Shown here piece by piece: positions 10,217 through 23,129 of a stretch of 64,000 nucleotides of DNA (position 1 is its first letter; each line of letters opens with the position of its first letter). A model generated the notes under the pieces. The model saw nothing but the letters and a program-made list of their open reading frames with translations. It searched no databases and was not told the origin of the DNA. Location of the stretch: NCBI GenBank assembly GCA_963835065.1, contig CAWIEK010000016.1, positions 120,329 to 184,328 on the forward strand. Reading direction: 5' to 3'. The DNA is from an uncultured Chthonomonadaceae bacterium (lineage in GTDB: Bacteria; Armatimonadota; Chthonomonadetes; Chthonomonadales; Chthonomonadaceae). Made by a program: the position numbers and the translations under genes.

Positions 10217-11567
10217 TCAGGTAATAAAAGCGGCGTAGATAGCGCGTAAGGCTGTTTCATAATCCTCGTTGGACACACCCACGATAATGTTGATTTCCGA
10301 TGCGCCTTGATTGATCATGCGGACATTGACATTCGCCTGCGCCAACGCCTGAAATACCCGGCTTGCCACTCCGATGCGATGGCTCATGCCCTGCCCGACG
10401 GTAGCAATCAGCGCCAGGCCGTGCATTACTTCCATGCGCTCCGGCTTTAAGACGCGCTCCAAGGCGGCCAGAACGCTTTGATGCTGATGCGCCAGTTCCT
10501 CGTCGCGCACGATTACGGACATGGAATCAATCCCGGTCGGCGCGTGTTCCCACGAGATGTTATGCTCTTCCAGCACCTGCAGCATCCGCCGCCCGAACCC
10601 TAATTCCTGATTCATCAGTGATTTTTCCACCAGGATGCCTGTAAACCCCTTGCGCCCCGCAACGCCGACAATAGCCTCCTCCCCGTCAGGACGTGAAGGC
10701 CGTATCCATGTGCCCGGCAGTTCGGGGTGGTTGGTGTCGCGGATGTGTATAGGGATTCCGGCTTCCCGAACCGGGAAAATGGCTTCGTCATGCAGCACGG
10801 AAGCGCCCATATACGCCAGTTCGCGCAATTCCTGATACGTGACTTCCCGTATGGGCTGGGCATACGCGATCAGGCGCGGGTCGGCCATACGCAGGCCGTC
10901 CACATCCGTCCAGTTCTCATAGACTGCCGCAGATATAGCGCGGGCGACAATCGCCCCGGTCACATCCGAGCCGCCCCGCGAAAATGTTTTCACCTCGCCC
11001 TGCGCGTCCCGCCCATAAAAACCGGGTATCACTGCCAGCGCGTTGCCGTCCAGCAGTTCGCGCAGACCTTGATACGTGTGCATGGCATCGAAGCGGCCCT
11101 CCGGCCCGAAAACAATTCCGTCCGCCGCGTCCACGAACCGCGCTTTTAAGTAGGACGCAATTAAGCGCGCGTTGAGATACTCTCCTCTTGACGCGGTCCA
11201 ATCTTCGCTTTGCCCCGCCTGTAATCCCGCTTCCGTTTCATCCAGCCATTCCGCAGCGTTGGTTACGCCCAAATCCTGCGCAATCTCTGCATAGCGCATT
11301 CGAATGGCGGCAAAGGCGACAGCGGCATTTGCGCCATCACAAATCGCGCGGTGGCATTGATACAGCTGATCCGTAATCTTCTTATCCGCCCCGAACCGCT
11401 TGCCGGGCGCAGACACGACGACAAAGCGCCGCCGCGCGTCCGCCAAAACCAGAGTCACACGCCTGCCGGATGTGCGCGGCATCAGCCAAGGACGTGCCTC
11501 CAAACTTGCAAACCAGTAGTTCCGCCGCCGATGGCGTCGCATTCAGCCTTGAAGATTCGATTGCCAT
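10217..11567 (-). CDS. lysC: Aspartate kinase (frameshift near 11460)
   Basis: VCKFGGTSLA in ORF 11382-11567; VVVSAPG, SRGGSD, WTDVDG and ACT domains in ORF 10217-11542. Confidence 0.92.
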
Positions 11568-11738
11568 ACCGATTATTCAGCGTCTCCTTCACAGATGTAG
11601 GCAGGATTTATAACCCTGCCTACAAACTGTACCCCTAATCCCGGCAATTCCGAACACGCTAACCTTTCTATTTCATAAACAGGCGCGCAAGGCGCAAAGG
11701 CGGCAGTTACGCGGCAACAGGAGCTTTTTTGCTTGTCT

Positions 11739-11933
11739 TCAACGCTCGCGCTTTCCGCGCGCCGACACTTGATTTCTGTCAGGGTAATGTTTCGCTTCAT
11801 ACGCCTGTACCAGCGTTGCGAGGACATCCAGCCGATCTTCTTCGGCAGAACCAGGTGTGGCGTCCATCAGCATTTCGATTTCGCGCAGCATGGCGCGATA
11901 GTCCTCTTCGGTTTTAATGGGGCGGATTTCCAT
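11739..11933 (-). pseudogene. higA: Truncated HigA-type antitoxin (N-terminal half, no HTH, no cognate toxin seen)
   Basis: IRPIKTEEDY...DRLDVLATLVQAYEAKHYP. Confidence 0.7.
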
Positions 11934-11959
11934 AGTCCTGAACTTTCTAAGCGGATGGT

Positions 11960-12322
11960 TCAGTGCTTGTCGTCGGCCTGCTTGCTGGACTTTGCCCAAT
12001 CGGAGGCATCGAAGGAAATGATTTCAATCCATTGTCCGCCGGGCGCTTCCAGGTAGAAGCTGCGAGTTTTATCGCGATGGGTGGCAATGGGTTGCTGAAA
12101 CTTGCTCGCCAACTCTTCCAACTCGGCATCGTTGACGCGCCAGGCGATATGATTGGGATGCTGATCCTGTTTCACGAACGCGAGTTTGACGCCGTTCACC
12201 TCAATAAACGCCCAACTGTCATCTTGGTATAGCACTTTGGTGCCGGAAATCAGCGTCTGATACCAGGTGACGGCGGCGGCAATGTCGGGAACCTGTTGCG
12301 CGATATGATCAAAGGTAAACAT
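11960..12322 (-). CDS. VOC/glyoxalase family protein
   Basis: FDHIA...HIAW...FYLEAPGGQWIEI. Confidence 0.85.
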   Translation of the reverse strand: MFTFDHIAQQVPDIAAAVTWYQTLISGTKVLYQDDSWAFIEVNGVKLAFVKQDQHPNHIAWRVNDAELEELASKFQQPIATHRDKTRSFYLEAPGGQWIEIISFDASDWAKSSKQADDKH

Positions 12323-12644
12323 GCAAAATTTTCTCCAGAAAGCGTTTGAAATGAGCGGGCGCGAAGCTACCAACGCGCAAAAGGGCAGATGATTTCCTAA
12401 AACTACGAACCGGAGTTGTAAAGGGTTTGCAGGGTTCAGAGGGAGATAAGTACAATCGGAAAAAAGGTAAGAAAAGTTCAAAATTAGAAAATGAAAACGT
12501 CCGATAATATCAGGGCAATTTTTCTAAACAGACCTACGGAAATGAAGAGGAAACTTTGTTCTGCTCAACCATTCCCTCATTGCTTCGTTCAACTGATCTA
12601 TGTTTTGCTCGCTTGTCGTGTAAGCAAAATTCATTGCACACAGA

Positions 12645-12690
12645 CAAAATTTCAGGCAGGAGGGGCATGCCCCTCCTGCCTGAAATTTTG
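12645..12690. repeat. 46-bp perfect palindrome sharing a 20-bp core with 10055-10098
   Basis: CAAAATTTCAGGCAGGAGGGGCA|TGCCCCTCCTGCCTGAAATTTTG. Confidence 0.95.
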
Positions 12691-12758
12691 CTCAAGCCAC
12701 CTGTCTCCTCACATGCGCCAGGCGTGTGCGGTCAATTTCCAACGTATAACGTATGCCG

Positions 12759-12986
12759 CTACTTCTTACCGCGCCCGCCGCCCATGCCTGTAGCTCCCGC
12801 CGTGGGATTGATGCCTGCGGGAAGATCGCCCTTCGGGTTCGTCTTGTTGATTTCATCCACAAGAGTTTTGGGATCGCCGGAGTCACTGCCCGTCGCCTTG
12901 CCGGCGCTGCGGAAAAGCATAAACACCGTCACGAGAATAACACCTACGAGGCAGGCGACGGCTACCGGTGTCGGTATTTTTTTCAT
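12759..12986 (-). CDS. Small single-TM protein downstream of the prepilin-like gene
   Basis: GGGAG RBS, N-terminal hydrophobic helix. Confidence 0.75.
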   Translation of the reverse strand: MKKIPTPVAVACLVGVILVTVFMLFRSAGKATGSDSGDPKTLVDEINKTNPKGDLPAGINPTAGATGMGGGRGKK

Positions 12987-13002
12987 CCTGTTCTCCCCTC
13001 TA

Positions 13003-13039
13003 ATTCAGGATTTAACGCACAAGCGCGTTAAATCCTGAA
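13003..13039 (-). terminator. Hairpin between prepilin-like gene and small partner
   Basis: TTCAGGATTTAACGC ... GCGTTAAATCCTGAA. Confidence 0.5.
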
Positions 13040-13140
13040 CAGTAAACGCGAAACTTCAAGCCGCATCCTGACAGCGCCAAGCAATTAATAGTTGATAGAG
13101 GCGCAGAGACTATCAACTATCAACCATCAACTGCTTGAAA

Positions 13141-13986
13141 TTACTGCAGGTCCCATAGGTACGCGCTTTTGTCAACGATGGCGCCACCCCAGGCATCCTT
13201 AACGTTGCAGCCCGCCGAAAGCGCGTTGATCTTCATTGCTTTCACATGTCCATCGCAGAAAGCCGTGTTGACAAACTCGGTGTGCCAGGCCCACACGCCG
13301 CCGAACACGTTCCAGGCGAGTGGTTGACTCGGATTCCACGCCCCGTACCAGTAGTAGCTGCTATAGCTACTCTGCACCGGGAAGCTGTCCTTGCCGTCCG
13401 AGTAATAACGGCAGGGCGGGTCCACTGCCGAGTTGCCGCCGCCCACCGGGTTTCCGCTGGCATCGCGATCCCAAAGACAGTCTACGGCGAGAACCGTCTG
13501 CGCGGGAGCGTTTATCTGGGCGAGAGCCGTAGGAATGGGTTTGTAGGGAATGACAATCGGGCACAGATACTGCCAGTTGATGCCGAAGTCGTTCTTTGTC
13601 GCCAGGTTGAAAAGGCGCTGCTGATCCGTCGTTGGCGGGTAAGAAACTTCAACGGAGGCGCGCGCCGTATCGTTTGCGGGATCGCTCGGGCAATCGTAAA
13701 TCTGGTAATTTTTCAGATACGGCTGAATGATCTGCCCCATCACCATATCCGGTGGAGACTTGTAACTCCCCTCCGTCTGCATCAGCGGCATCAGCTCGTC
13801 ATAGTCCTGCTGGTACATGTTCACGCCCAGAGCCTGCTGCCGGAAGTTGGAAAGACAGCTTGCCTGCCGCGCTTTGGCGCGCGCCTGCGCAAAGACGGGG
13901 AACAGAATGGCGGCCAGAATCGCGATGATGGCGATCACCACGAGCAGTTCGATGAGGGTAAAACCTCGTTTTTGATGAGAATGCAT
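13141..13986 (-). CDS. Prepilin-type N-terminal cleavage/methylation protein, DUF1559 / H-X9-DG family
   Basis: [38 protein letters not shown]. Confidence 0.93.
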   Translation of the reverse strand: MHSHQKRGFTLIELLVVIAIIAILAAILFPVFAQARAKARQASCLSNFRQQALGVNMYQQDYDELMPLMQTEGSYKSPPDMVMGQIIQPYLKNYQIYDCPSDPANDTARASVEVSYPPTTDQQRLFNLATKNDFGINWQYLCPIVIPYKPIPTALAQINAPAQTVLAVDCLWDRDASGNPVGGGNSAVDPPCRYYSDGKDSFPVQSSYSSYYWYGAWNPSQPLAWNVFGGVWAWHTEFVNTAFCDGHVKAMKINALSAGCNVKDAWGGAIVDKSAYLWDLQ

Positions 13987-14279
13987 TCCTTTTCTCCTTG
14001 CTTAGATATTAAGAAAGAGGACAGGCCCGGCCAATGGCCGCGCCACGACACGATGTTGTGTCGTAAACTAACGCCTTCTAAAAGGCCCAAGTTTCTTTGA
14101 TAGGTTTTCGCGCAAAGCAACCAAAAACAAAAATCCGCCGCGCCGTGTTTTTCTGAGCAATCCTCTAATTATAGGGACTTACAGAAAGCGGGCGGGCAGA
14201 CATCATTGTTGCCCCGGAACAATCACCAGGAAGCAGTCACGTCGGTGTGGCGTCCAAATGCCATTATGAGGATTGGATA

Positions 14280-14297
14280 TTGTAACCGATTATCATA
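14280..14297. promoter_or_regulatory. Possible LacI-family operator upstream of the prepilin-like gene
   Basis: TTGTAACCGATTATCA, imperfect palindrome with central CG. Confidence 0.4.
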
Positions 14298-14430
14298 AGT
14301 TAAGCAACCTTTTTCCAGAAATTTTTGCGAAAATAACGAACTTTCGTTCGCTTTTTCAACGTCTCAGACAAAATAACTATGTTTATGTCTGCTAAAATCC
14401 AATCTGCAAGACTGTTTCAAACCGACTCGG

Positions 14431-14465
14431 CATCCTGCCCCGCATGGTGAATGCGGGGCAGGATG
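14431..14465 (-). terminator. 15-bp hairpin after the A2M gene
   Basis: CATCCTGCCCCGCAT-N5-ATGCGGGGCAGGATG. Confidence 0.6.
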
Positions 14466-14485
14466 TAAAACGCTCGGCGTCCGTA

Positions 14486-17400
14486 TCAGCGCGCTTCTTC
14501 CTTTGTTTCCTCATCCCGGATACTGATGCGCTCCTCGTTGGACAGCGCGCGAACGTCCGGCGCGTACATGGCGTAGCTGTTGGCGGGCAGGGCATGGAAC
14601 GCGCCCGGAGTTTCCGCCCGCAGCCGGTACGTCAGCACGCGCCTTCCCTGCGGCAGTTGCGAGATGAAAAACGCCACTTTCTGATCCCGCAATTCCATAT
14701 TCGCGTACAGCCCCTGCCCCGCGTGTTCCCCGCTGCGCACTTCTACGGGTTCGCATCCCGCCGGCTTGATGTCTTCCAGCAGCACGTAATCATAATCGTT
14801 CTTAGCCTCCAGCCCCAACTCCACTTCCAGCAGGTCGCCACTGTTCAGCAGTTCTCCCGGCGCAAGCGCAACCCGCGTATACACCGGCCCCTGCTCCGTC
14901 CCTTCCTCCCGCACAACCACAATCCCCGCGTCCAGCAACGCATAATCTCCGGTGAGGAAAGCGTTAAGTGTTGAGCGTTGAGCGTTGAGGGAATTGCCGA
15001 TTGCCGATTGGGGTTTTACTGTTCCCTGTTCCCTGTTCCCTGTTCCCTGTTCTGTCTCCTCTTCTCCTTTTCTTCTCTTCTTCTCTTCTTCCCCTCCCCC
15101 CGCCGTGCCCGCAATCAGGCGGAAGTAGCGGCGCGATACGGCGATTTCGTTGCCGGCTGCCGGAATGGGTTCTTCCTGTGAGAAGGTGCGCGTGGTCGCC
15201 GTGTAGTAACAGGTTCCGGCTCCCTGCCGCGTAATGGTCACGGTTTGGTCACCGGTTTGCAGCAGCGCGTCGGGTACAACGAAAGTATTGTCGAAGAACA
15301 GCGCGTTGGCATGGTTGACGCGGTACGTCCGCTTGATTTTGTCGCCCATGCTGACCGTCAGCGTGTAATCGGGAGCCAGTTCCTTTTTAACACGCATCCA
15401 ATCGGCCAGCGCGTTCACGGCAAGGGCGGTATCCCGCGTGTCGCGCCAGATGCTCCCCTGCCGGTTGTTGACCAGCCACTTGACCAGCATCGGCGGCAGT
15501 CGCGCCATTGGGCGCAATCGCCATGTACGCCTGCAAAATCGTCGCGTTGGTTTCGATCTTGTTGTTGTACCAGCGCCACCACTGCCCCTCGCTGTCGTCC
15601 CAATTGGCCGTGCCGTTCGCCGCGTCCGTATGCACGGTGTTTTCCAGATTGCGCAGCACGATCCGCGCCTGCTCGTCCTTGCCCGTGTCGTGCAGGGCAA
15701 GCGCTAGCAGCGCCTTGCCATACGCGCTGCAGTTTTTCGCGCTGCGGGAACAGTTTGCCTTGAACGCGGTTCTTCAACGCAGGCCGCATTTCAGGAATCA
15801 ACGCAAGCACCCGCGCCTGATACGCCATCTGGTGCAGATCGGTTTCCTCCAAAAACCGCGCCTTCAAGTACGTTTCGCCACGTTCGAGTTCATTCCCCGG
15901 CGTCACATAGCCCGCCTTCTGCCCCATCAGCAGCCCGTACACGACATACGCGGTCATGTAGGCGTCACTGGTATCGTCCTTCCACCAGCCCCAGCCGCCG
16001 TCCCGGTGCTGCATATCGCGCAGCCGCGCCAGCCCGTCCTTCACCATGCGGTTCAGTTCCGCGCCGTTGAAAACCGGATTGTTCAGGCGGGGCGCGGCGT
16101 AGTACGCATACTGTGTCGTGTTCAGGTTCGGCTTGCCGGTCGGATTGGCTGTGGGATAGGTGTACGGGCTGTTTTCCGTTACCTGCTTCGGGCCGTTCGC
16201 CGCGTTTGCCAATGCCGCTTTCCGCCGCGCCGTCGCTCCCTTTTCCAGATCGCTCAGATTATAACCCGTGTCTTTCAGCGTTTGCGCCACGATCACCGAT
16301 GGTATGAACCGCGACAGGGTTTGCTCCACGCAGCCATACGGATAATCCGCCAGATACGGCAGGGCGTCCAGCATCACGCCCGCAAGCGAGGGATTGAGCG
16401 TCACGACAACCTGCGAACTGCCCGCCTTCCGCGCTTCCGGCAGGTTAATCGTCACCTGCGCGGGCAGCGTATTCCCCGCTTTCATCACGCCGCTTTGCTG
16501 CGTCTGCCGCTCCACGCCATGCACAAGGACGGGTATAACCGTTTCCGTCGCATCCCCCTGCGTGGTAGACTGCGCCGTCATCTGCGCATGAATGACGCCC
16601 TCCATCTTGGGCCGAACCAGCCAATCCACGCGCTGCTGTCCGTTCTTCGGGATCGTCACCCAGGTCTCATTGGTACGCGGGTGTCGGGTGTTGGGTGTTG
16701 GGTGTTGGGTGTTAGGCAAATCCGCCAACGTTTGTGTCTGCTGCGAACCCGCCTGCTGAACGTCAGTCTTCCCCAACACCCCATCCCCAACACCCGACAC
16801 CCCTTCCTTATCCTCCCCCACCACATCCGCGTTATCCAGATCGAGTTTCACGCGGATACGGGCGTCCTGCTCCGTGTCGTTGTGAACAACCGCGCTCAGG
16901 GTGGCGATGTCGCGCTCCACGAGGAAACGGGGCGCTTCCAACTGTACCAGCACGTCCTTCTTCGTCGTCACCCGCGTTTCGCCCGTGCCAACCTGCGCGG
17001 CCTGCGTACTGCCGATTGCCACCGCCCGCCACTGCGTCAGGTTGTCCGGCCATTTTACGCTCACAGTTGCCTGTCCCTGCGCATCCGTCACCACCGCCGG
17101 CGTCCAAAACGCCGTATCCCGGAAGTTGGAGCGCATCGTCGCCTGAGCCAGTTCCCCACTCGCCAGCCGTATTGGTTGAACGCTGTCAAACACATGGGGA
17201 TCTGGAACCTTCCTCCAAGTTACTTTGGATGGATCGAGCGCGCGTTTGCCCGTAGCCGTGACCATCCCTGCCGCATCCACATACATCGCGCCTTTTTCAT
17301 CGACCGCCCCGTTATGGGAAATGTTAATGTTGCCGTTCACGAACATGCGCCCTCCCGAACCCGGCATACCGGACGGCGCGGAGAAAGCAGGCGTTAAGCG

Positions 17401-20400
17401 ACTTTCATACACGCCTGCGGACATGCCGCCGGCGTCCACTTCATAATACAGGTTGTTGCCACCGAGTCCGCCCTTACCTCCGCCTCCCACACTTCTTCTT
17501 GCGAGGAACCGTTCATGTCCGTGATGTACCCCGTAGCCGAACAGTCCGTACATCGCTTCGGGTGAAACCGGGATTTGCCCCATGTCTTGTGGGAGCGGGA
17601 GCGGATGACGCGCATATTCCTTGAACGGCTGCGCCCATCCCTCAATGGTTTCAAAGCCATTGTCAAACGAGCCGTTCATCTGGATGCTGTTGCTGCGCTG
17701 GCTGCCGTAGAACGTTGTCCGTATGTCGGGCGCGTAATCTTTCTGGATGTAGCTCAAGGCGGCGTCGGCAATGGCAAGGCTGAATTGCGCGCGCAGAGGT
17801 TTGCCCCGGTAGTCCAGCGCCTGCACGTTCAGTTTGGCTGTTTCGCCGGGCTGATAACGCGCCTTGTCCGCCGTCACCTTGACCAGCGCCGTCTGCTGCA
17901 CGGGCGGCACGAACAACTCCTGCGACGCCTGAAACATCGCTCCATCCCGCACCATCACGGCGGACACGAACACATTGGGCGCGTCCCGGCGCGTCAGGGG
18001 AATGGGCAGTTCCAGACTGCGACCCGCCACCCGGACAACGCGCTTGTCGAGTATCTGCCCTTCCACTTCCCGCGTCAGCAGCACGGCGCAATTGGGCTGC
18101 GGGCGTGACCAGCAGGACGCGGGCGGTTTGCCCTGCCGCATAGTACGGATTCTTTATCGCCAGAAACACGCCCTGAAACAAAAACCGCTTTTCGCGCAGT
18201 TCCGGCCCGTCCACCCACACATCTTCGCCCTTCGACACCAATTTGCCATCCCCATCCGTCGTTTCATACGCGATGCGGAAAAACCCGGACGTGTTCGCCT
18301 TCCATTCGATCATCGCCCGTCCCTGCGCGTCCGTGTTCAGGGGAAAGGACGTGACGAGTGTTTCCTTGCCGTTCGGATCGTTGGGCTTGCGGAAGACCCG
18401 CGCCGTGCCATGCGCGGCAACCGGCTGATCGGACGGGTTGAGCGTTTTCACTTCCACGTCTACCCGGTCGCCCTGCGTGGCATAGCCATGCGCGAAGTTG
18501 AGGAACACGGCCACGTCATGCTCGGTTGCTTTCAGCGCCCCCGATCCCGAAATAGTCCGGCGGCTCTGATCCTGCACATCCGCTTCCACCGTAAAACTCA
18601 GGTCGCTGCTTCCCCCGTTCGCCGCGTTCGTTTTCGTCTCAAACGTGACCGTCGCATCCCCCTTTGCGTCCAAAACAGCCTTGCCCTGCGTAATCACCTC
18701 GCCATTGCGGTAGTTCGTGTCATAACTGCCCGCATTATCCCCCGCATGGTACAGGTAATCGTAAGGCTCCGGGAACCGATAGGAGGGGCTGTACGCCGTC
18801 CGATACACCCGGTACGTCACCTTCGCGCCCGGAACCGGCCCGCCGAAGTAGTACGCCGCATGGATTTTCGCGCTCGTCGGCTGCCCCAACTTCACCCGCT
18901 CCGCAGACGGCGTGACCGTCACCTCGAACTCCGGCTTCTTATACTCCTCCACCCGAAACCAACTCCCCGCCGTCTCAACCCCAACCTCTTCTCTCTTCCT
19001 GTTCCCTGTCCCCTGTCCCCTGTCCCCTGTCCCCTGTCCCCTGTTCCCTGTCCCCTGTTCCCTGTCCCCTGTTCCCTCCCCTGATGAGCGTTACCGCCAT
19101 CGAATACTCGCCCAAAGCCGCATGAACGGGCAGAATGAACGAGCCGGACACGCTGCCAAATTCCGAGCAGGGCGTCCGCTGCTTGTAAATCAGATTGCCC
19201 TGCGGGTCCGTCACCACAACGCGGGCAATGGCATCCGTGACGGGTTTCAAGTCGCCGATGTTGCCCTTAGCGGCGTTTTCGCGCCGCATCAGCAATTGCC
19301 GGAAATGCACGGCCTGCGCCGGTCGGTAAACCGTTCTGTCCGTGACTCCATACCCCTGATAGCCCGCCTGCCCGAAGTAGCCGCTTGCATTGGTATAGGT
19401 GAGCGGCGTCACGGCGTACTGATTGCCCCGGCTGCCGAGCGCGGCGATTTGAACCTGCCCTTCATTGGGCGCGCGATGCAGGGGAATGGAAACCACGCCG
19501 TTCGCGTCGGTCACGCCCCTTACCAGCGCGGAGAACTCTTTCTCGCCCTCCGACCACCATTGCTTTGTCAGCACCCCGATGCCCGCAAGCGGCTTGCCCG
19601 AAATGGCATCGGCGGCGTAATACAGTGTGCGGCCCCGATCCATCTTCTGCACCAGCGCGAGATCGGAAACCGTGACCACCGCGCCCGTCGTCATTCCCGG
19701 CACAGACGCCACTACGACATACGCGCCCGCGTCATGCAGGGGCGTGACGATGTTTTGGGCATGGCCGCGCAGGGGCGTCACATCTTTGGGCGTAGTCGTC
19801 CATGCCGCAACGCGAACCGCGCCAAGTGCCCTTAGCGCCTGCTGTTGCGTTTTGGTGTTTTGAAGCAGCGAGGAAACCCGCAGCCATTGGCTGTTATCGG
19901 CGTTGCTGACCGGTTTTCCTGCCGGGGCGTCGCTGCGCCATATTGCAGCAGATCAAAGCGGTATGCCTCGAACCGAATTTTCGTCACGTTGCCGTAATTA
20001 ACCGCCAGCTTGAGGGCATTGCCCGGACGCGGCGTTCCCACAGCCGACAGCGACACGGACGGACGGCGCAGATCGGCAAGCTGCCCCCGCGCATCCGAAA
20101 CCCACTTGCTGTGCGGGCGAGCCGCAATCAACTGCTGTAATGCCGCGATCCCCTGTTCTAATTTGCCTTCCTGCATCAGCCAGGTCGCGCGTAAATACTG
20201 CGCTTCATCGCGCAGGCTGTCGTTGGGATAGGCGCGAACCAGCGCGTCCAGCATACTCCCCGGTTTCAATTCCTGATACGGAAACGGGATACGAACGGGC
20301 TTGTCATGCTCGAACTTCACGGCAATGTTCGTCATTTGGGCCTGATACTGCCGCAGCCACAGCGCCTGCGCAAACAGCGCGACGGCATGAGGATGCGCCG

Positions 20401-21187
20401 ATTGCGCGGCCAGTTTCCCGATATGCGCGTAAAGATACAGCGTCTTTTTCGGCCCCGCCCACTGCAAATCGTAAGGCTGCGCGGCGTCAATGCGCCAACT
20501 TGCATCCCCCGGCGGCAGCCAATTCTTATTCGCCATCCACGCCGCGTTACGCGGGTTTTGCTGAAGCAGATGAATCAGGTCGAAATCCAGTTGGATGCGC
20601 TCATTGGCGGTCAGGCGATTGGCGTTTTGCGGGTCGGCTTCCGCGTACCGGACATGCGCGGCTTCCAGAGCATCCAGCGCGTTACGCGAATCCGCCGCCT
20701 GTAATTGCACGGCAACGGGCTTGTCGTTGCCCGTCGTGGCGGGAACATCACTGCCGCGATGAATGGTTGTGCCGACGCGGTAGCCGGAATGGGGCGCGTT
20801 CAGGTACATGCGGCCCAGCCAGTACAGCCCCCGCGCTTCCCAAACCGTATGCTGCCGCGTTTTCACAAAATCCAGCCCACCCGCGAACATCTTATCCCAC
20901 TGCTCGGTTTTGCCAAGCGAAACCACCACGCGGTACGCGATCTCATCCCGGCGCTCCGGCGGTATCTGCCCCGCGTTTTGCAGAACCGTGTAGGCTTGCA
21001 GCGCCCGCTTGTAACTCTTCTGCGCGTACTGCTTATCCGCGTTCCGCAGCGCAACGGAACCGGCCTGCGTACCGGCATCCATCTGCCACGCCCACGCCGA
21101 TCTGCCGCAAGCCAGCATCAGCGCCGCTCCAAAAACCATTCGCCGCGCCGCTCTGCCGACTGAATTCTCTCTGTTCCCCGTTGCCAT
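14486..21187 (-). CDS. Bacterial alpha-2-macroglobulin family protein, split over several ORFs by frameshifts
   Basis: TDRTVYRP, VEEYKKPEFEV, RSNFRDTAFW, WPDNLTQW, thioester PYGCVEQ, DGGWGW, AMYAP; three repeat-derived insertions. Confidence 0.9.
18998..19074. repeat. 11 x CCTGTYC heptamer inside A2M gene
   Basis: Counted directly. Confidence 0.95.
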
Positions 21188-21455
21188 GTCGTCTCCTGAA
21201 GGTTTTGCATGCTTCCGTATGTCACTTTGAAAGTTGGACGTGTTTTCCTGCCGCCTCGTTACTTTTACGCTATTGCAATGTTGGTTCCAAAAGCCGCGCA
21301 AAAGGTTCAGAGCTAATGATAAAAATCCAACAAGCAGTAACACAAATAGCCCCTCCCCTGGCGAAGGAAGCGCGTTTACTGCGCTTACAACGCGCTCATT
21401 TGAAAGCGCGGCCAGGAGAGGGGTATGTCCACAGTTGGACGCCCGTGAGGTAACT

Positions 21456-21981
21456 CTACTTCGAGAGATGGCGCGATTTAGGCTTTGAATGCATGGGAAC
21501 GGCGGGCGCAGGCTTCTTGCCCGCCGGATACCAGAACACATTCTTTGCGTCTTCGGGCGTCAGCAGTTTGGCGTGGCCGTCCGTAAAAGTTACCGCCGCG
21601 CGTCCGCTATGCCTGAAAGCGAACTGCATGTTTTTGCCCTCATAAAAGAGGACGGTTTGCGCGGGGAACTTCAAGGCCGCGAGCGTCGCCCCCTGCATAT
21701 TGGGATTCATCACGTAGCTGATGGTTCCCTTCGCGTCCAGCGGGCATTGAAATACCGCGTTGTTCTTGACATAGGGAAAAATCACTCTGTTGTACGGCGC
21801 TTTCTTGCGCGGAAACACCTCATCGTAATCCTGCACGTACATCAGGACGCCGAGCGCAAGTTGCTTTTCATTTGATAAGGCAGGCAGCGTCGGACGGCGT
21901 GAGTTGCGGAGTCTGGTGTCGGAAGCCGAACCAGCTTACACTGGCGCACAGAAGCGCGAACAGCGGTAGTAATTTTTTCAT
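21456..21981 (-). CDS. Short H-X9-DG (DUF1559 C-terminal-like) secreted protein, frameshift near 21872
   Basis: MKKLLPLFALL leader; LMYVQDYDE, FRHSGRAAVTFTDGH; paralogue of the next gene. Confidence 0.75.
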
Positions 21982-22101
21982 CGGTAAACTCCTATGCGAA
22001 CCAGAAGAGAAGGGATCAGGAACCTTCACGGAAATACGAATTGCTTTCGCAGATCGATTTACTGTCAGTCGGACAGACGGATCGTTCACGACACGGCGCT
22101 C

Positions 22102-23107
22102 TCATCGCGACGGTTTGCGCTTGCCGGCAGCGTTCGGTTTCGTCTGCGGATGCGCCGGTTTGGGCGGCGGCGGATTTTTGCCGGACGGATACCAGAACAC
22201 GTTCTTCGCTTCTTCGGGCGTCAGCAGCTTGGCGTGGCCGTCCGCAAACGCCACTGCGGTACGTCCGTCGTGCTTGAAATCAAACTGCATGTTCTTGCCT
22301 TCATACAGCAGGACCGTTTGCGCGGGCGCTTCCATAGCCGCGAGCGCTCGCCCCCTGCATGTTGGGATTCATCGTATAGCTGATGGTTCCTTTGGCGTCG
22401 GAAGGACAGGTAAAAATCGCGTCGTTCTTAACGTAAGGGAAAATCAACTCTTTGTACGCCGCCTTTTTGCGTGGAAACTGCTCATCATAATCCTGCACGT
22501 ACATCAACATGCCCAGCGCAAGCTGCTTTTCATTCGAAAGGCACGACACCGATTTCGCCTTTTCCCGCGCCGCGTTGATGTTCCGAATAGCGACGGCGGG
22601 ACTTGCCACCAAAGCGGCCATGCTCGCCATCGGGCGCAGGTCGTAGCGAACCGTAAACTGCGTGAGATCAGCCAACTGCTTCATCAAAACTTCGTCCGGC
22701 ACGATTACCCACCGGTCATTCTGCCGCCGTACCTGAAACAGTTCCACCAGCGATAGCGTGACTTTGGGGGCATCCCGATCCTGTGACGAAGGCGCTTGCA
22801 GCGTAACCTCCACCGCTACTTTGGCCTGATCTCCGGTGGCCTCGGCAATAATGTCTTTCACTTCAATGCCGTTCACTTGCGCCGTCAATCCCGTATCATT
22901 GCGCAACAGGTCTTTGACTTGGTCGCTCGCCGTCGCGCCCTGTACACAGGCGGCCAGCGCATCGGTATCCTTGGCAATCAGCGCGGCCACAAACGCCCGC
23001 ACCGTAGATTTGGGCGTACTCAAATCCGGCGGAGCCGCATGTCGCCGAAACCCAAACCAGCCCACACTCGCGCACAGCAGCGCGAGCAAAGGAAGCAATT
23101 TCTTCAT
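22102..23107 (-). CDS. Secreted protein with NTF2-like domain plus H-X9-DG domain, frameshift near 22345
   Basis: MKKLLPLLALL leader, STPKSTVRAF, AREKAKSVSCLSNEKQ, KHDGRTAVAFADGH. Confidence 0.75.
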
Positions 23108-23129
23108 GGTGTTCTCCTGTGAGGGGGAG

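Noticed and set aside
15508..17397. Long antisense or alternate-frame ORFs (also 20140-21453, 33437-34729, 40887-42185, 55947-57020)
   Set aside because: Shadows of real genes in high-GC DNA with no recognisable motifs.
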